Positions 28,389 through 38,600 of a stretch of 64,000 nt of DNA are shown here, piece after piece (within the stretch, counting starts at the first letter, position 1; every line of letters starts with the position of its first letter). Under the pieces are notes generated by a model. That model did no database searches, was not told the origin of the DNA, and worked only from the letters and a program-made list of their open reading frames with translations. The stretch comes from Clostridia bacterium (GTDB lineage: Bacteria > Bacillota > Clostridia > Oscillospirales > RGIG8002), in NCBI GenBank assembly GCA_017616855.1, contig JAFZXI010000019.1:2163-66162 (forward strand). The letters are read 5' to 3'. Made by a program: the position numbers and the translations under genes.

Positions 28389-31300
28389 TTATGCGAGCGA
28401 ACCTTCGTCGGCCAGTTTCGCCGCGACGCGGAGAATCTTCAGCGCGTCCGCAACGGTGATATCGCCGTCCTTGTCAACGTCGCCTATCGCGATATCGTCC
28501 TCAGTCGGCTGAACGAGCTTCGCGGCGATACGCAGCGCCTTCAGCGCGTCAGCGACTGTGATTTCTTCGTCGCCGTCCATGTCGCCTTTCTTATGCTGCG
28601 GAGGCGGCGGGGTCTGCTCTTTTATCGTGAAGGTGACGGTCGCGCTCTTGTCGCCGTTGGTGACGACCAGCATGTATTCGCCGGGCTCGCTCACCTCTAC
28701 GCCGCTTTCGACCGCTTCACCGTTCAGCGTTCCTTCGCCGATATCCCAGGAGACGGTAACGGCGTCTTCGTATTCGCCGCCGTTTTCAACGCCCGATATT
28801 ATCGGCGCGGCATAGGCGGAAATGCCGCCGGTGACCGTGAAGCTGACCTCGGCGGACTTATCGCCGTTGACGACCTTCAATACGTGCTCGCCGTTGACGT
28901 TGACGCCGTCGCCGTAAGTGAAGAATACTCCGTCGAGTGTGGCGTTGCCGACCGTCCAATCGGGTTTGAAGGCGCCCTCTGAAACGTCGATTTCCTGTCC
29001 GTCGGCAATGTTGGAAATAACGGGCTGGGCGTTTGTCGAGGCGGAGGTGTCCTTATATGCCTGCAGGCCTGTGATATAGACCTCGAGGCCCTGCTTGACC
29101 TCGCCGTCGAAGCGGAAGATATAGAAATATATCTCGTCGAGGCGGATCGGTTCGCCGTTTGTCCACTCGTCCCAATGGTCAAAGTAGTTCCACGGGATGT
29201 AAATCCAACCGCTGCCGGTGGGCGGGATCGGTATGTCTATCGCGTGCATCTCGAAAAGCGGATAAGTGAAGCAGTTGGAAACGCCGACGCGGAATCTGCC
29301 GCCGCTGACGAGGTTGACGTCGTTGACTCCGACCCAGACGAGGACTCCGTCGGAACCGGTCAGGTCGCCGACGAGCGGATCGCCGTTGGAGGGGATAATA
29401 TACTGCGGGACTTTGCCGCCCTCGCGGTACATGGACTTGAACTGAAGCACGCCGTGCTCATCTTCCTCGCCGGAGGACATATCGTGAGTGGCCTCCATCT
29501 TGAGCGCCTTATCAAATCCGGTCGGCAGCATCGAGACCGCGTTGCGGTTAACGATGGAGTAATTGACTCCTTCGGTACGGTCGCCGGTCGATTTGTTAAG
29601 ATCACGTCCGGTGTATTTTTCGAAGCTGAAGAAGCCCTTTTCGATAACGCTGCCGTGGGTGATCGGTACAAGACCGGAAATCGCGTCTTCAAGCGCCGCG
29701 GTAAGAAGCGCGCACTGGTCGGCGGAAATGTCGCTGTCGATCGCCGATTCGGCGTCGTCCAGCGCTGCGCGGAGGGCGTTATAGGAGATGCCGGTGTAGT
29801 TTCCGCGCCAGTAGTTGTTTCCTCCGTAAATGAGAGCGTAAAGATAGTTGAGCGCTTCGAGGGGAGCGCCGTCGCCGATCAGGACGAGGCGGTTGGCTCT
29901 GGATTTCAGTTCTTCGCCCGCCGCGTCTATTTCCGCCTGTGTTACGCCGTAAGTGGTCATAAGCGTTTCCGCGTTATTAACGGCGATTTCAAGCTTTTGC
30001 CAGGAAAGCGGAGTGTAATCGGCCGGATTGAGCGAAGCCATATAAGCGCGCGTATCGGAGAGCGTCTTCGTGATTTCGGTCATATCCGCGTTATACATAC
30101 TCCAGCTGAAGACGTGAAGATCGGATATAAAGTAGGACTTCTGGTGCAGATTATCGAAAAGAATCTCAATGAAATCGAGTTGATTGAGATAATCGAAAAG
30201 CTCAAGATCGTCTTCGTCATCGTAGAAGGAGTTCCAGGAAACGCAAACGTATCCGGATTCGCCTTCGCCCATAGGTCTGGAGATATTCTCGTCATCTGCG
30301 ACGAAACGCGATTCGCCGGCTTTTCCGACAGCAATCTGCATGAAAACCGGGACTTCGTCTTCGGGGTTTTTGAGCCAGAAACGCAGACCCGCGCTTTCGC
30401 TGAGGTCAATGCCGAACGGGTTCTTCACGGCGACGATATCTCCGTCCTCGTTCTCTATCCTGGATGAGAAGCAGCTCCAGCCGTAATAAGGCGGGGAATA
30501 GGTGGTGTCGCCGTTTGCGATGATTTCAACGGTGTGTTCGGCGGTGGCGGGGCCGATGCCTTCCGCGGCTATAGTTGCGGGGTCGGCGGAAATGCCGCCT
30601 TCGCTGATGGTTTCGAGGTCTTCATCTGTCCAGACGTCGAAGCCGTTAAGCTTGAGTTCCTTGATTCTTGCCGGGAACATCGGCATCATCGATCTGATTG
30701 AAGTCATTAGCTCGCGCGCAAGCGTATCGACCTCGCGCTGGGAATACTTCGTCTGAAGGTCCGGGTCGAGCATCACTTCGTATGCTCTCATATAAATCTC
30801 GGTCGTTTCTTCGTAGCTCTGTTCGGTGTACGCTTCGGGATCGAGAGAATCGAAAAGCTCGATAACTTCTTCGAGTTCGTCGGTATGTATGCGCTTGTCG
30901 CGGTAAGCGCAGAAGTCGGCGAGGTAGTATACGTCGTCCTTCTGAGCGTTTTGGAGCTCCACGCGGATACCGGATATCTTATCCATGATGTTGTAAGGCA
31001 GGGGACGCTTTGAATAGCCGTTATAAATCGAGTAATTCTTTCCGTCGTCATGGTTCCAGAACCAGTCTATCTGCGAAAAGTCGGTTTTGAAATCGTAGTA
31101 AACGTATCCGTCCTCGTCGGGTCTGACAGTCGCTTCGAAGCAGAATCCCATCGGGTTTTCGATCATGACGGGGTCGGAGCCGGAATATGCCGTGCCCTTT
31201 GCCGGGACGATAAAGAGGTTGATTTTGACCGGATCGGTGCAGTTTCCGTCGTTTCTTCCTACCCAGAAGCAGATACCGGAATCTTCGCCGAAATCATACC

Positions 31301-31691
31301 CGTCGGTAATCGTTTTTCCGCTCGAGGGGGTGTCTTTTGCGCACCACTGAATATTGTCGGTATCGGCCGGATTGTAGAAAACGTAAGAGCATAAGTTGAC
31401 ATATCCTACGTAACTTCCGGGCTTGGAATTTGTTACCGTGAACGCGGTCGCGCTCGTTACGCGCTCCGGAGCGTTCGCGGGCGCGGCGACCTGCGCGCCT
31501 TCAGCGCCGGGATGGTACAGTTCGGCGAGGTCGGCGTCGGAAAACGCGCCCCAGCCGGGCAGGGAAATATAGGTGTAGTAGTCGTAATAGACGGCTTCCG
31601 CGCCTATTACGCCGCCGAAAAGCGTGCTGACGCCGAAGGCGGTCAGAACGAAGACCAGCGAGAGAATAAACGATGTTGCTTTCTTGAACAT
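28389..31691 (-). CDS. Secreted dockerin protein (1100 aa): 3 unassigned beta-rich modules + FIVAR-like helical spacers + 2 Ig-like repeats + dockerin
   Basis: Signal peptide MFKKATSFILSLVFVLTAFGVSTLFGGVIGAEA. Helical spacers of FIVAR type (e.g. ADYTPLSWQKLEIAVNNAETLMTTYGVTQAEIDAAGEELKSRANRL). C-terminal KKGDMDGDEEITVADALKALRIAAKL...GDVDKDGDITVADALKILRVAAKL. Confidence 0.8.
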   Translation of the reverse strand: MFKKATSFILSLVFVLTAFGVSTLFGGVIGAEAVYYDYYTYISLPGWGAFSDADLAELYHPGAEGAQVAAPANAPERVTSATAFTVTNSKPGSYVGYVNLCSYVFYNPADTDNIQWCAKDTPSSGKTITDGYDFGEDSGICFWVGRNDGNCTDPVKINLFIVPAKGTAYSGSDPVMIENPMGFCFEATVRPDEDGYVYYDFKTDFSQIDWFWNHDDGKNYSIYNGYSKRPLPYNIMDKISGIRVELQNAQKDDVYYLADFCAYRDKRIHTDELEEVIELFDSLDPEAYTEQSYEETTEIYMRAYEVMLDPDLQTKYSQREVDTLARELMTSIRSMMPMFPARIKELKLNGFDVWTDEDLETISEGGISADPATIAAEGIGPATAEHTVEIIANGDTTYSPPYYGWSCFSSRIENEDGDIVAVKNPFGIDLSESAGLRFWLKNPEDEVPVFMQIAVGKAGESRFVADDENISRPMGEGESGYVCVSWNSFYDDEDDLELFDYLNQLDFIEILFDNLHQKSYFISDLHVFSWSMYNADMTEITKTLSDTRAYMASLNPADYTPLSWQKLEIAVNNAETLMTTYGVTQAEIDAAGEELKSRANRLVLIGDGAPLEALNYLYALIYGGNNYWRGNYTGISYNALRAALDDAESAIDSDISADQCALLTAALEDAISGLVPITHGSVIEKGFFSFEKYTGRDLNKSTGDRTEGVNYSIVNRNAVSMLPTGFDKALKMEATHDMSSGEEDEHGVLQFKSMYREGGKVPQYIIPSNGDPLVGDLTGSDGVLVWVGVNDVNLVSGGRFRVGVSNCFTYPLFEMHAIDIPIPPTGSGWIYIPWNYFDHWDEWTNGEPIRLDEIYFYIFRFDGEVKQGLEVYITGLQAYKDTSASTNAQPVISNIADGQEIDVSEGAFKPDWTVGNATLDGVFFTYGDGVNVNGEHVLKVVNGDKSAEVSFTVTGGISAYAAPIISGVENGGEYEDAVTVSWDIGEGTLNGEAVESGVEVSEPGEYMLVVTNGDKSATVTFTIKEQTPPPPQHKKGDMDGDEEITVADALKALRIAAKLVQPTEDDIAIGDVDKDGDITVADALKILRVAAKLADEGSLA

Positions 31692-31733
31692 TGGTATTTC
31701 TCCTTTACTGCATATTTTGATTAGAATAATATA

Positions 31734-31762
31734 ATTATAGCATACCGGCGGGTAAATGTAAA
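31734..31762 (-). promoter_or_regulatory. Candidate sigma-A promoter of the 1100-aa gene
   Basis: Minus strand: TTTACA, 17 nt, TATAAT. The -10 ends about 42 nt upstream of the ATG at 31691. Confidence 0.55.
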
Positions 31763-31793
31763 TAATAATTTAGTCAAAAACAGAAAGTCGCGA

Positions 31794-31823
31794 CAAAAAA
31801 GAGCCGTCCGTACGGACGGCTCT
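31794..31823 (-). terminator. Rho-independent terminator downstream of the ~1112-aa gene
   Basis: Palindrome GAGCCGTCCG-TA-CGGACGGCTC preceded on the plus strand by an A-rich run (CAAAAAA; a U-tract on the minus strand), 28 nt past the stop at 31851. Confidence 0.75.
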
Positions 31824-31850
31824 TTGATATGCGGTTCGCGCGATGCGGTT

Positions 31851-34800
31851 TTACGCAAGACTGTCTTCGTCAGCCAGCTTTGCGGCGACGCGGAGGATCT
31901 TCAGCGCGTCCGCGACGGTGATATCGCCGTCGCCGTCAACGTCGCCGATTGCGATATCGTCCTCGGTCGGCCGGACAAGCTTTGCGGCGATACGCAGCGC
32001 TTTCAGCGCGTCAGCGACGGTGATTTCGTTGTCGCCGTCCATATCGCCCTTCTTGTTGGCCGGAGGCGGCTCGTCGGCTTTGACGGTGAAGGTGACGGTA
32101 GCGGTCTTTTCGCCGTTGGTAACGACCAGCGTGTATTCGCCGGGCTCGGTAATCTCCGTGCCGGCGGTGTATTCTTCGCCGTTCAGCGCGGCGGTCGCTT
32201 CGGCAGGCGTCCAGGTCGGGGCGACGGGGGCGTCGTATTCGCCGCCGTTTACAACGCCGGAAATGACGGGAACCTCATCCTCGGAAACACCGCCGGTGAC
32301 AGTGAAGTTGAGTACGGTGGTTTTATCGCCGTTTATGAGCTTCAGGGTGTGGTCGCCGTTGGTGTCGATGCTGCTGCCGTAGGTGAAATACTTGCCGTCA
32401 AGAATGGCTCCTCCGGCGTTCCAGTCGGGAACGAGAGCGCCCTCGGAGACGTCTATCGTAGCTCCGTCGGCAATGTTGGAAACGTACGGCTGCACGTTGG
32501 AGGTCGTCTTTGTTTCCTTGTACGCCTGCAGGCCGGTGATGTAAACCTGAAGTCCCTGCTGCACCTGTCCGTCAAATCTGAAGATGTAGAAGCGGATTTC
32601 GTTGAGGCGTATCGGTTCGCCGTGAGTCCATTCGTCATAGTGGTCAAAGTAGTTCCACGGGATGTAGATCCAGCCGCTGCCGGTCGGCGGAAGCGGGATG
32701 TCGATCGCGTGCATCTCGAAGAGCGGTCCGATATCGCAGTTGGAAACGCCGACGCGGAACTTGCCGTCCGAAACGAGATTTACGTCGTTGACGCCGATCC
32801 AGACAAGGAAACCGTCGGAGCCGGTCAGGTCGCCGACGAGCGGGTCGCCGGTGGAGGGCTCGATAAAGACGGGGCTTCCCGCGCCGTTGCGGTAAATGGA
32901 CTTGAACTGGAGAACGCCGTGCTCATCGCCTTCGCCCGAGGACATATCGACAAGGGACTCCATAAGGAGGGCCTGGTCGTATCCGTCGGGGAGAATGGGG
33001 GCGTCCTTTTTCTTGATGAGGGTGTATCTGACGTCCTTGGTGCGGTCGCCGCTCGCCTTGGAAAGATCGCGGCCGGTGTAGCTCTCGAAGCTGAAGAAGC
33101 CCTTTTCGATCGAACTGCCGTGAGTAATCGGTACGAGGTTGGCTATCGCGGCCTCGATTCTCGCGTTGAGCGCGTCGCAGTACTCGGAAGTGATGGTATC
33201 GTCGATGGCTTCCTCCGCCTCTTCGAGAACGACGTTGAGCGCGTTATAAGTGGCGCTGACGTAGTTGCCGCGCCAGTAGTTTCTGCCGCAGTTAATAAGC
33301 GCGTAGAGGTAGTTGAGCTTGTCGAGCGGAGCGCCGTCGCCGATGAGCGCGAGACGGTTGACTCTCTTTGTGATCTCGGCGGTCGCTTCGTCTACCTCGT
33401 CCTGATTGACGCCGTATTTGTCAAGGAGCAGCTGCGCGCTCGCGATTGCCTGCTGCAGATTGGACCAGGTGCGGGGAGTATAATCGGCTTCGTTCAAGCC
33501 GGCAACGTAGAGGATCGCGTCGTTAAGGACTCTCTTGAGCTCGGTGAGGTCCGCGTTCTGCAGACTCCACTCGAAAACGTGGAGGTCGGAAATGTAATAC
33601 GAGGTCTGGCGCAGGTCTTCGAACTGGATCGCGATATAGTCGAGCTGATCGAGATAATCAAAGATATCGGAATCGGTATCGGACAGTTCATAGAAACTGT
33701 TCCACGAAACGTGGACGTAGCCGCTGCCGCCTTCTGTCATCGGACGGCTGATGTCATAATCCTCGGCGACGAACTCGGCTTCGCCGGCTTTGCCGACGAG
33801 TATCTGCATCGCGGACGGGGTGATGCCGTCGGGGTTCTTCAGCCAGAAGCGGAGGCCGGCGGATTCGGTCAAATCGGCGCCGAAGGGGTTGCCGACAGCT
33901 TCTTCGCCGTCGTTGTCAATCGTGGACTTGAAGCAGCTCCAGCCGTAGTAGGGTTCGGCGAAGGTGCTGTCGCCGTTCGCGACTATTTCTATTGTCGGAT
34001 CTTCCGGGCCGACGCCTTCCTCGGCGAATATCGCGGGGTCGAGGGATATACCGCCGTCGCTTATCGTTTCAAGATCCTCCTCGCTCCAGGTGCCGAAGCC
34101 GTTGAGCTGTATGGGCATTCTGGCGGGGAACAGAGGCATAAGCGCGTTTACGGCGTTGATAAGCTCTTTGGCCATGGAGTCGACTTCGCGCTGGGTGTAG
34201 TGCTCGGAAATGCTATCGTCAAGGAGCATCTCGTAAGCGCGCAGATAGACTTCCGTCGCATCCGCATAGCTCTCTTCGGTGTATGCCTCGGAATCAAGAT
34301 TGTCGAAGATTTCGATGGCTTCGGCGAGCTCGTCGGTGTGGATACGGGAGTCCTGATACGCGCAGAAGTCGCCGATGTAGTAGGAGTCGCCGACTGAGGC
34401 GGAGCCGAGAGTTATCGTAATAGCGTTGATGTAAGGAAGCGCGTTGTAGGGGAGAGGACGCTTGATGTTTTCGTGGCTGAGAATGGAGTAGTTCTTGCCG
34501 TCGTCAAACTTCCAGAACCAGTCGACCTGCACGAAGTCGGTCTTGAAATCGAAGTAGACGTAGCCGTCCTCGTCGGGAGTTTTCTTTGCCTCGAAGACGA
34601 AGCCGTTCATCGCGTCTTCCATTTTCGGATCGTCGCCGGTGTAGTAACCGGTCGGGCCGGCGTAAGGCAGGCAGAAGATGTTGATCTTGACGCCGCCGTA
34701 TTCTCTTCCTTCGTTGTGGCCGATCCAGAAGCAGAAGCCGGTGTCGTCGGAGAAGTCGCGGCCGCCCGCGAAGGAAACGTCGCTCGAGGGCGACTTTTTC

Positions 34801-35189
34801 GCGCACCACTGGATGTTGATCGGGTTGTTGTCGGGGTTGATCTCTCCGAGGTTGAGCGCGACGAAGGAAGCGAGCGTGACGATGCCCTCGTATCCGGTAG
34901 CGCCCTGATAATCGACGGGCCTGCTGTCGTTAACGACAATCTTCGTCGCTTTCGTCACGCGCTCCGGAGCGAAATCGGGGGCGTCGACCTGCGAAAGCTC
35001 AAGTCCGGGATTATGGAGCTCGGTGAGGTCCTGCTCGGTGAAATCGCCCCAACCGGGCAGACTGATGTAGTTGTAATAATCGTAATACACGGCTCCGGCG
35101 GTCAGTACGCCGCTGAACAGCGTGACGACTCCGAGCGCCGAGAAAACGAACATCAGCGAAAGAATGAACGCGATTGTTTTCTTTAACAT
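31851..35189 (-). CDS. Secreted dockerin protein (~1112 aa), tandem paralog of the 1100-aa gene
   Basis: Colinear with the 28389-31691 product over its whole length (e.g. YISLPGWG, GLRFWLKNP, LVPITHGS.IEKGFFSFE.YTGRDL, PPTGSGWIYIPWNYFDH). The track ORF starts at 35273. I prefer ATG 35189 (MLKKTIAFILSLMFVF..., AAAGGA 8 nt upstream), which matches the paralog N-terminus. Confidence 0.8.
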   Translation of the reverse strand: MLKKTIAFILSLMFVFSALGVVTLFSGVLTAGAVYYDYYNYISLPGWGDFTEQDLTELHNPGLELSQVDAPDFAPERVTKATKIVVNDSRPVDYQGATGYEGIVTLASFVALNLGEINPDNNPINIQWCAKKSPSSDVSFAGGRDFSDDTGFCFWIGHNEGREYGGVKINIFCLPYAGPTGYYTGDDPKMEDAMNGFVFEAKKTPDEDGYVYFDFKTDFVQVDWFWKFDDGKNYSILSHENIKRPLPYNALPYINAITITLGSASVGDSYYIGDFCAYQDSRIHTDELAEAIEIFDNLDSEAYTEESYADATEVYLRAYEMLLDDSISEHYTQREVDSMAKELINAVNALMPLFPARMPIQLNGFGTWSEEDLETISDGGISLDPAIFAEEGVGPEDPTIEIVANGDSTFAEPYYGWSCFKSTIDNDGEEAVGNPFGADLTESAGLRFWLKNPDGITPSAMQILVGKAGEAEFVAEDYDISRPMTEGGSGYVHVSWNSFYELSDTDSDIFDYLDQLDYIAIQFEDLRQTSYYISDLHVFEWSLQNADLTELKRVLNDAILYVAGLNEADYTPRTWSNLQQAIASAQLLLDKYGVNQDEVDEATAEITKRVNRLALIGDGAPLDKLNYLYALINCGRNYWRGNYVSATYNALNVVLEEAEEAIDDTITSEYCDALNARIEAAIANLVPITHGSSIEKGFFSFESYTGRDLSKASGDRTKDVRYTLIKKKDAPILPDGYDQALLMESLVDMSSGEGDEHGVLQFKSIYRNGAGSPVFIEPSTGDPLVGDLTGSDGFLVWIGVNDVNLVSDGKFRVGVSNCDIGPLFEMHAIDIPLPPTGSGWIYIPWNYFDHYDEWTHGEPIRLNEIRFYIFRFDGQVQQGLQVYITGLQAYKETKTTSNVQPYVSNIADGATIDVSEGALVPDWNAGGAILDGKYFTYGSSIDTNGDHTLKLINGDKTTVLNFTVTGGVSEDEVPVISGVVNGGEYDAPVAPTWTPAEATAALNGEEYTAGTEITEPGEYTLVVTNGEKTATVTFTVKADEPPPANKKGDMDGDNEITVADALKALRIAAKLVRPTEDDIAIGDVDGDGDITVADALKILRVAAKLADEDSLA

Positions 35190-35439
35190 AATCATTTTCC
35201 TTTCTCGCAACATTTTAATACGCAAAACGAGACGCGCGGATGGTTTTCCGCGCATAGTAAGACCCCTTTGCAAAACGCTCGGGGCAGAGAACTACGGTCC
35301 AAATGCAAGCCTGTCGCGAAAGGCCGCGGTGTTACCCAGGAACGTGTGCCGTATCCGGCCCGCCTCCTATATGTACGCACTTCTCTTCGGCGAACGGCGT
35401 CAGTACGCCCGCGCTACTTACTTCTCCTTTCTGATAGTT
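35190..35439 (-). promoter_or_regulatory. Candidate structured GC-rich 5' leader of the ~1112-aa gene (unknown class)
   Basis: ~250 nt between a promoter-like element (35446-35474) and the ATG at 35189. GC-rich core between AT-rich flanks. Hairpins at 35396-35409 (GGCGT-CAGT-ACGCC) and 35234-35253 (GCGCGGA-6 nt-TCCGCGC), the latter followed on the minus strand by GTCTCGTTTTGCG. No convincing ORF. Confidence 0.3.
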
Positions 35440-35445
35440 ATCTAA

Positions 35446-35474
35446 ATGTTATCACAAAAAGGTGTGAATGTAAA
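35446..35474 (-). promoter_or_regulatory. Candidate sigma-A promoter upstream of the leader
   Basis: Minus strand: TTTACA, 17 nt, (TGa)TAACAT. Confidence 0.35.
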
Positions 35475-35575
35475 TACTTTATATGAAAAAAACACAAAAA
35501 AGAGGGCGCGTTTTAATGCCGTATTCTTCTTGTAAAAAAGGAGAAAGGAAAAATGATGATTTTTTCGAAAAAGCA

Positions 35576-35604
35576 TTTACAGATTACAAAAAAAGTGGTA
35601 AAAT
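35576..35604 (+). promoter_or_regulatory. Candidate sigma-A promoter of the PFOR gene
   Basis: TTTACA, 17 nt, TAAAAT, ending 41 nt upstream of the ATG at 35646. Confidence 0.45.
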
Positions 35605-35645
35605 AACCCTTGTATGTTCCACTACTAAAAAACGGAGGAAGAAAA

Positions 35646-38600
35646 ATGGCAAGACAAAGAAAATCCATGGACGGCAACACCGCCGCCGCGCACGTCAGTT
35701 ACGCGTTCACGGAAGTAGCCGCGATCTACCCGATCACGCCTTCCAGCGTAATGGCGGAGCTCACGGACTCCTGGTCCGCGGGCGGGCTGAAGAACATCTT
35801 CGGCGAGAAGGTCAAGGTTATGGAAATGCAGTCCGAAGCGGGCGCCGCGGGCACCGTGCACGGAAGCTTGGCAGCGGGCGCGCTCACCACGACCTACACC
35901 GCGTCGCAGGGACTCCTGCTGATGATCCCCAACATGTACAAAATCGCCGGCGAACTGCTGCCGAACGTTATCCACGTTTCCGCGCGCTGCGTCGCTTCGC
36001 ACGCGCTGAACATCTTCGGCGATCACTCCGACGTCTACGCCTGCCGCCAGACCGGTTACGCGATGCTCGCCGAGAGCAATCCGCAGGAGGTCATGGACCT
36101 CGGCGCCGTCGCGCATCTTTCCACCATCAAGGGCAGAGTGCCTTTCATCAACTTCTTCGACGGTTTCCGCACCTCTCACGAGATCCAGAAGATCGAAGTC
36201 TGGGATTACGCCGACCTCGAGGAAATGATCGATAAGGACGCGATCGCTGAGTTCCGCGCGCGCTCCATCAACCCCGAGCACCCCGTGCTCCGCGGCTCCG
36301 CCGAAAACGGCGACATCTTCTTCCAGCACAGGGAGGCCTGCAACAAATATTACCAGGCGCTCCCCGCCGTCGTCGAGGAGTACATGGACAAGGTCAACGC
36401 CAAGATTGGCACCGACTATAAGCTCTTCAACTACTACGGCGCTCCGGACGCGGAGAGAGTCATCGTCGCGATGGGCTCCTTCTGCGACGTTGCCGAAGAA
36501 GTCATCGACTACATGCTCGCGCAGGGCGAGAAGGTCGGCCTCGTGAAGGTCCGCCTTTACAGACCCTTCGTCGCGGATAAGTTCTTCGCCGCGATCCCGA
36601 AGACCGTCAAGGCAATCGCCGTTATGGACCGTACGAAGGAGCCCGGCTCCCTCGGCGAGCCCCTCTACCTCGACGTCGTAGCCGCGCTGAACATGAACGG
36701 CTATTCCGGCAAGGTCGTCGGCGGACGCTACGGCCTCGGCTCGAAGGATACGCCTCCGTCCAGCGTCTTCGCGGTATTTGAAAACCTCAAGGCCGACAAG
36801 CCGAAGCACAGCTTCACCGTCGGCATCGTCGACGACGTGACCGGACTCTCCCTCGAGGAGAAGCCCGCGCCCGACACCGCCGCGCCCGGCACGATCTCCT
36901 GCAAGTTCTGGGGCCTCGGCGGCGACGGCACCGTCGGCGCGAACAAGAACTCCATCAAGATCATCGGCGACCACACCGATAAATACATCCAGGCGTACTT
37001 CCAGTACGACTCCAAAAAGACCGGCGGCGTAACGATCTCGCACCTGCGCTTCGGAGACAGCCCGATCAAGTCGCCCTACTACATCACGAAGGCGAACTTC
37101 GTCGCCTGCCATAACCCCTCCTATATGATAAAGGGTTACAAGATCGTCAACGACGTCAAGCCCGGCGGCATCTTCCTGCTGAACTGCCAGTGGACGCCCG
37201 AAGAGATCGAGACCCACCTCCCGGCTGAAGCGAAGCGCTACATCGCCGAGAACGGCATACATTTCTACACCGTCAACGCCATCGACAAGGCGAGAGAGAT
37301 CGGCATGGGCAAGCGCACCAACACGATCCTCCAGTCCGCGTTCTTCGCGCTGGCGAAGATTATGCCCATCGACGAGGCGGTCAACTTCATGAAGGAAGCC
37401 GCCAAGAAGTCCTATATGAAGAAGGGCGAAGCGGTCGTCGAAATGAACTACAAGGCGATCGACGCCGGCGTCGACGCGATTGTCAAGGTCGACGTTCCGG
37501 AAAGTTGGAAGACCATCGAGGTCAAGCCGCAGGAAGTCGACGTCGAGGGCAAGCGCCCCGAGCTCGTGAAGTTCGTCAAGGACATCGTCGTCCCGGTCTC
37601 CAAGATGAACGGCGACAGTCTGCCGGTATCGAAGTTCGTGCCGCACGTTGACGGCACCTTCCCGCAGGGCGCCGCCGCTTACGAGAAGCGCGGCGTCGCG
37701 GTGGACGTCCCCGAGTGGATTCCCGAAAACTGCCTGCAGTGCAACCAGTGCGCTTACGTCTGCCCGCACGCGACGATCAGACCGTTCGCGATGAATAAAG
37801 AAGAAGCCGCCGCGGCTCCCGCCTCGACCAAGACCGCGCAGATGAAGGGCAAGGGCTGTGAAGACCTCGTCTTCACCATGAGCATCAGCCCGCTCGACTG
37901 CATGGGCTGCGGACTCTGCGTCAACGTCTGCCCCGCGAAGGAGAAGGCGCTGCAGATGGTCCCGCAGGAGAGCCAGAAAGAACAGCAGGCCGCGTTCGAC
38001 TACGCCGTCGCGAAGGTCACGAAGAAGCAGACTCCGTTTGCGGATACGACCCTCAAGGGCAGCCAGTTCAACCAGCCGCTGCTTGAGTTCTCCGGCTCCT
38101 GCGCCGGTTGCGCGGAAACGTCTTACGCCCGCCTCATCACTCAGCTCTTCGGCGAGAGAATGTATATCTCCAACGCCACCGGCTGCTCCTCCATCTGGGG
38201 CGGCTCGGCTCCGGCGACGCCTTACACCGTCAACCGCGACAGCGGCAGGGGACCGGCGTGGGCGAACAGCCTCTTTGAAGACAATGCCGAGCACGGTCTC
38301 GGCCTCTACCTCGGTCAGAAGACCATCAGAACGAAGCTCATCGGCTACGTCAAGGAGCTCGCCGAGAAGGTTGAAGACGCCGAGAAGAAAGCGATCATCG
38401 ACCGCTACCTCGAAACCGTCGACGACGGCAAGGCGAACGACGCCGCCACGAAGGACCTCGTCGCGATGCTCGAGGGCTGCGACTGCGAACTCGGCAAGAA
38501 GATCCTCGCCGAGAAGTCCTACCTCTCCAAGAAGTCCGTCTGGATCTTCGGCGGCGACGGCTGGGCTTACGACATCGGCTTCGGCGGCCTCGACCACGTG

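Noticed and set aside
31824-34397. 857-aa plus-strand ORF (and 29175-30467, 34473-35186) opposite the 1100/1112-aa genes
   Set aside because: Antisense mirror ORFs with no RBS and low-complexity composition. The minus-strand products are mutually colinear paralogs.
35483-36235. 250-aa Lys/Arg-rich ORF starting in the AT-rich spacer and running out of frame into the PFOR gene
   Set aside because: Highly basic low-complexity translation that overlaps the well-supported PFOR frame. The spacer is better explained as divergent promoter DNA.
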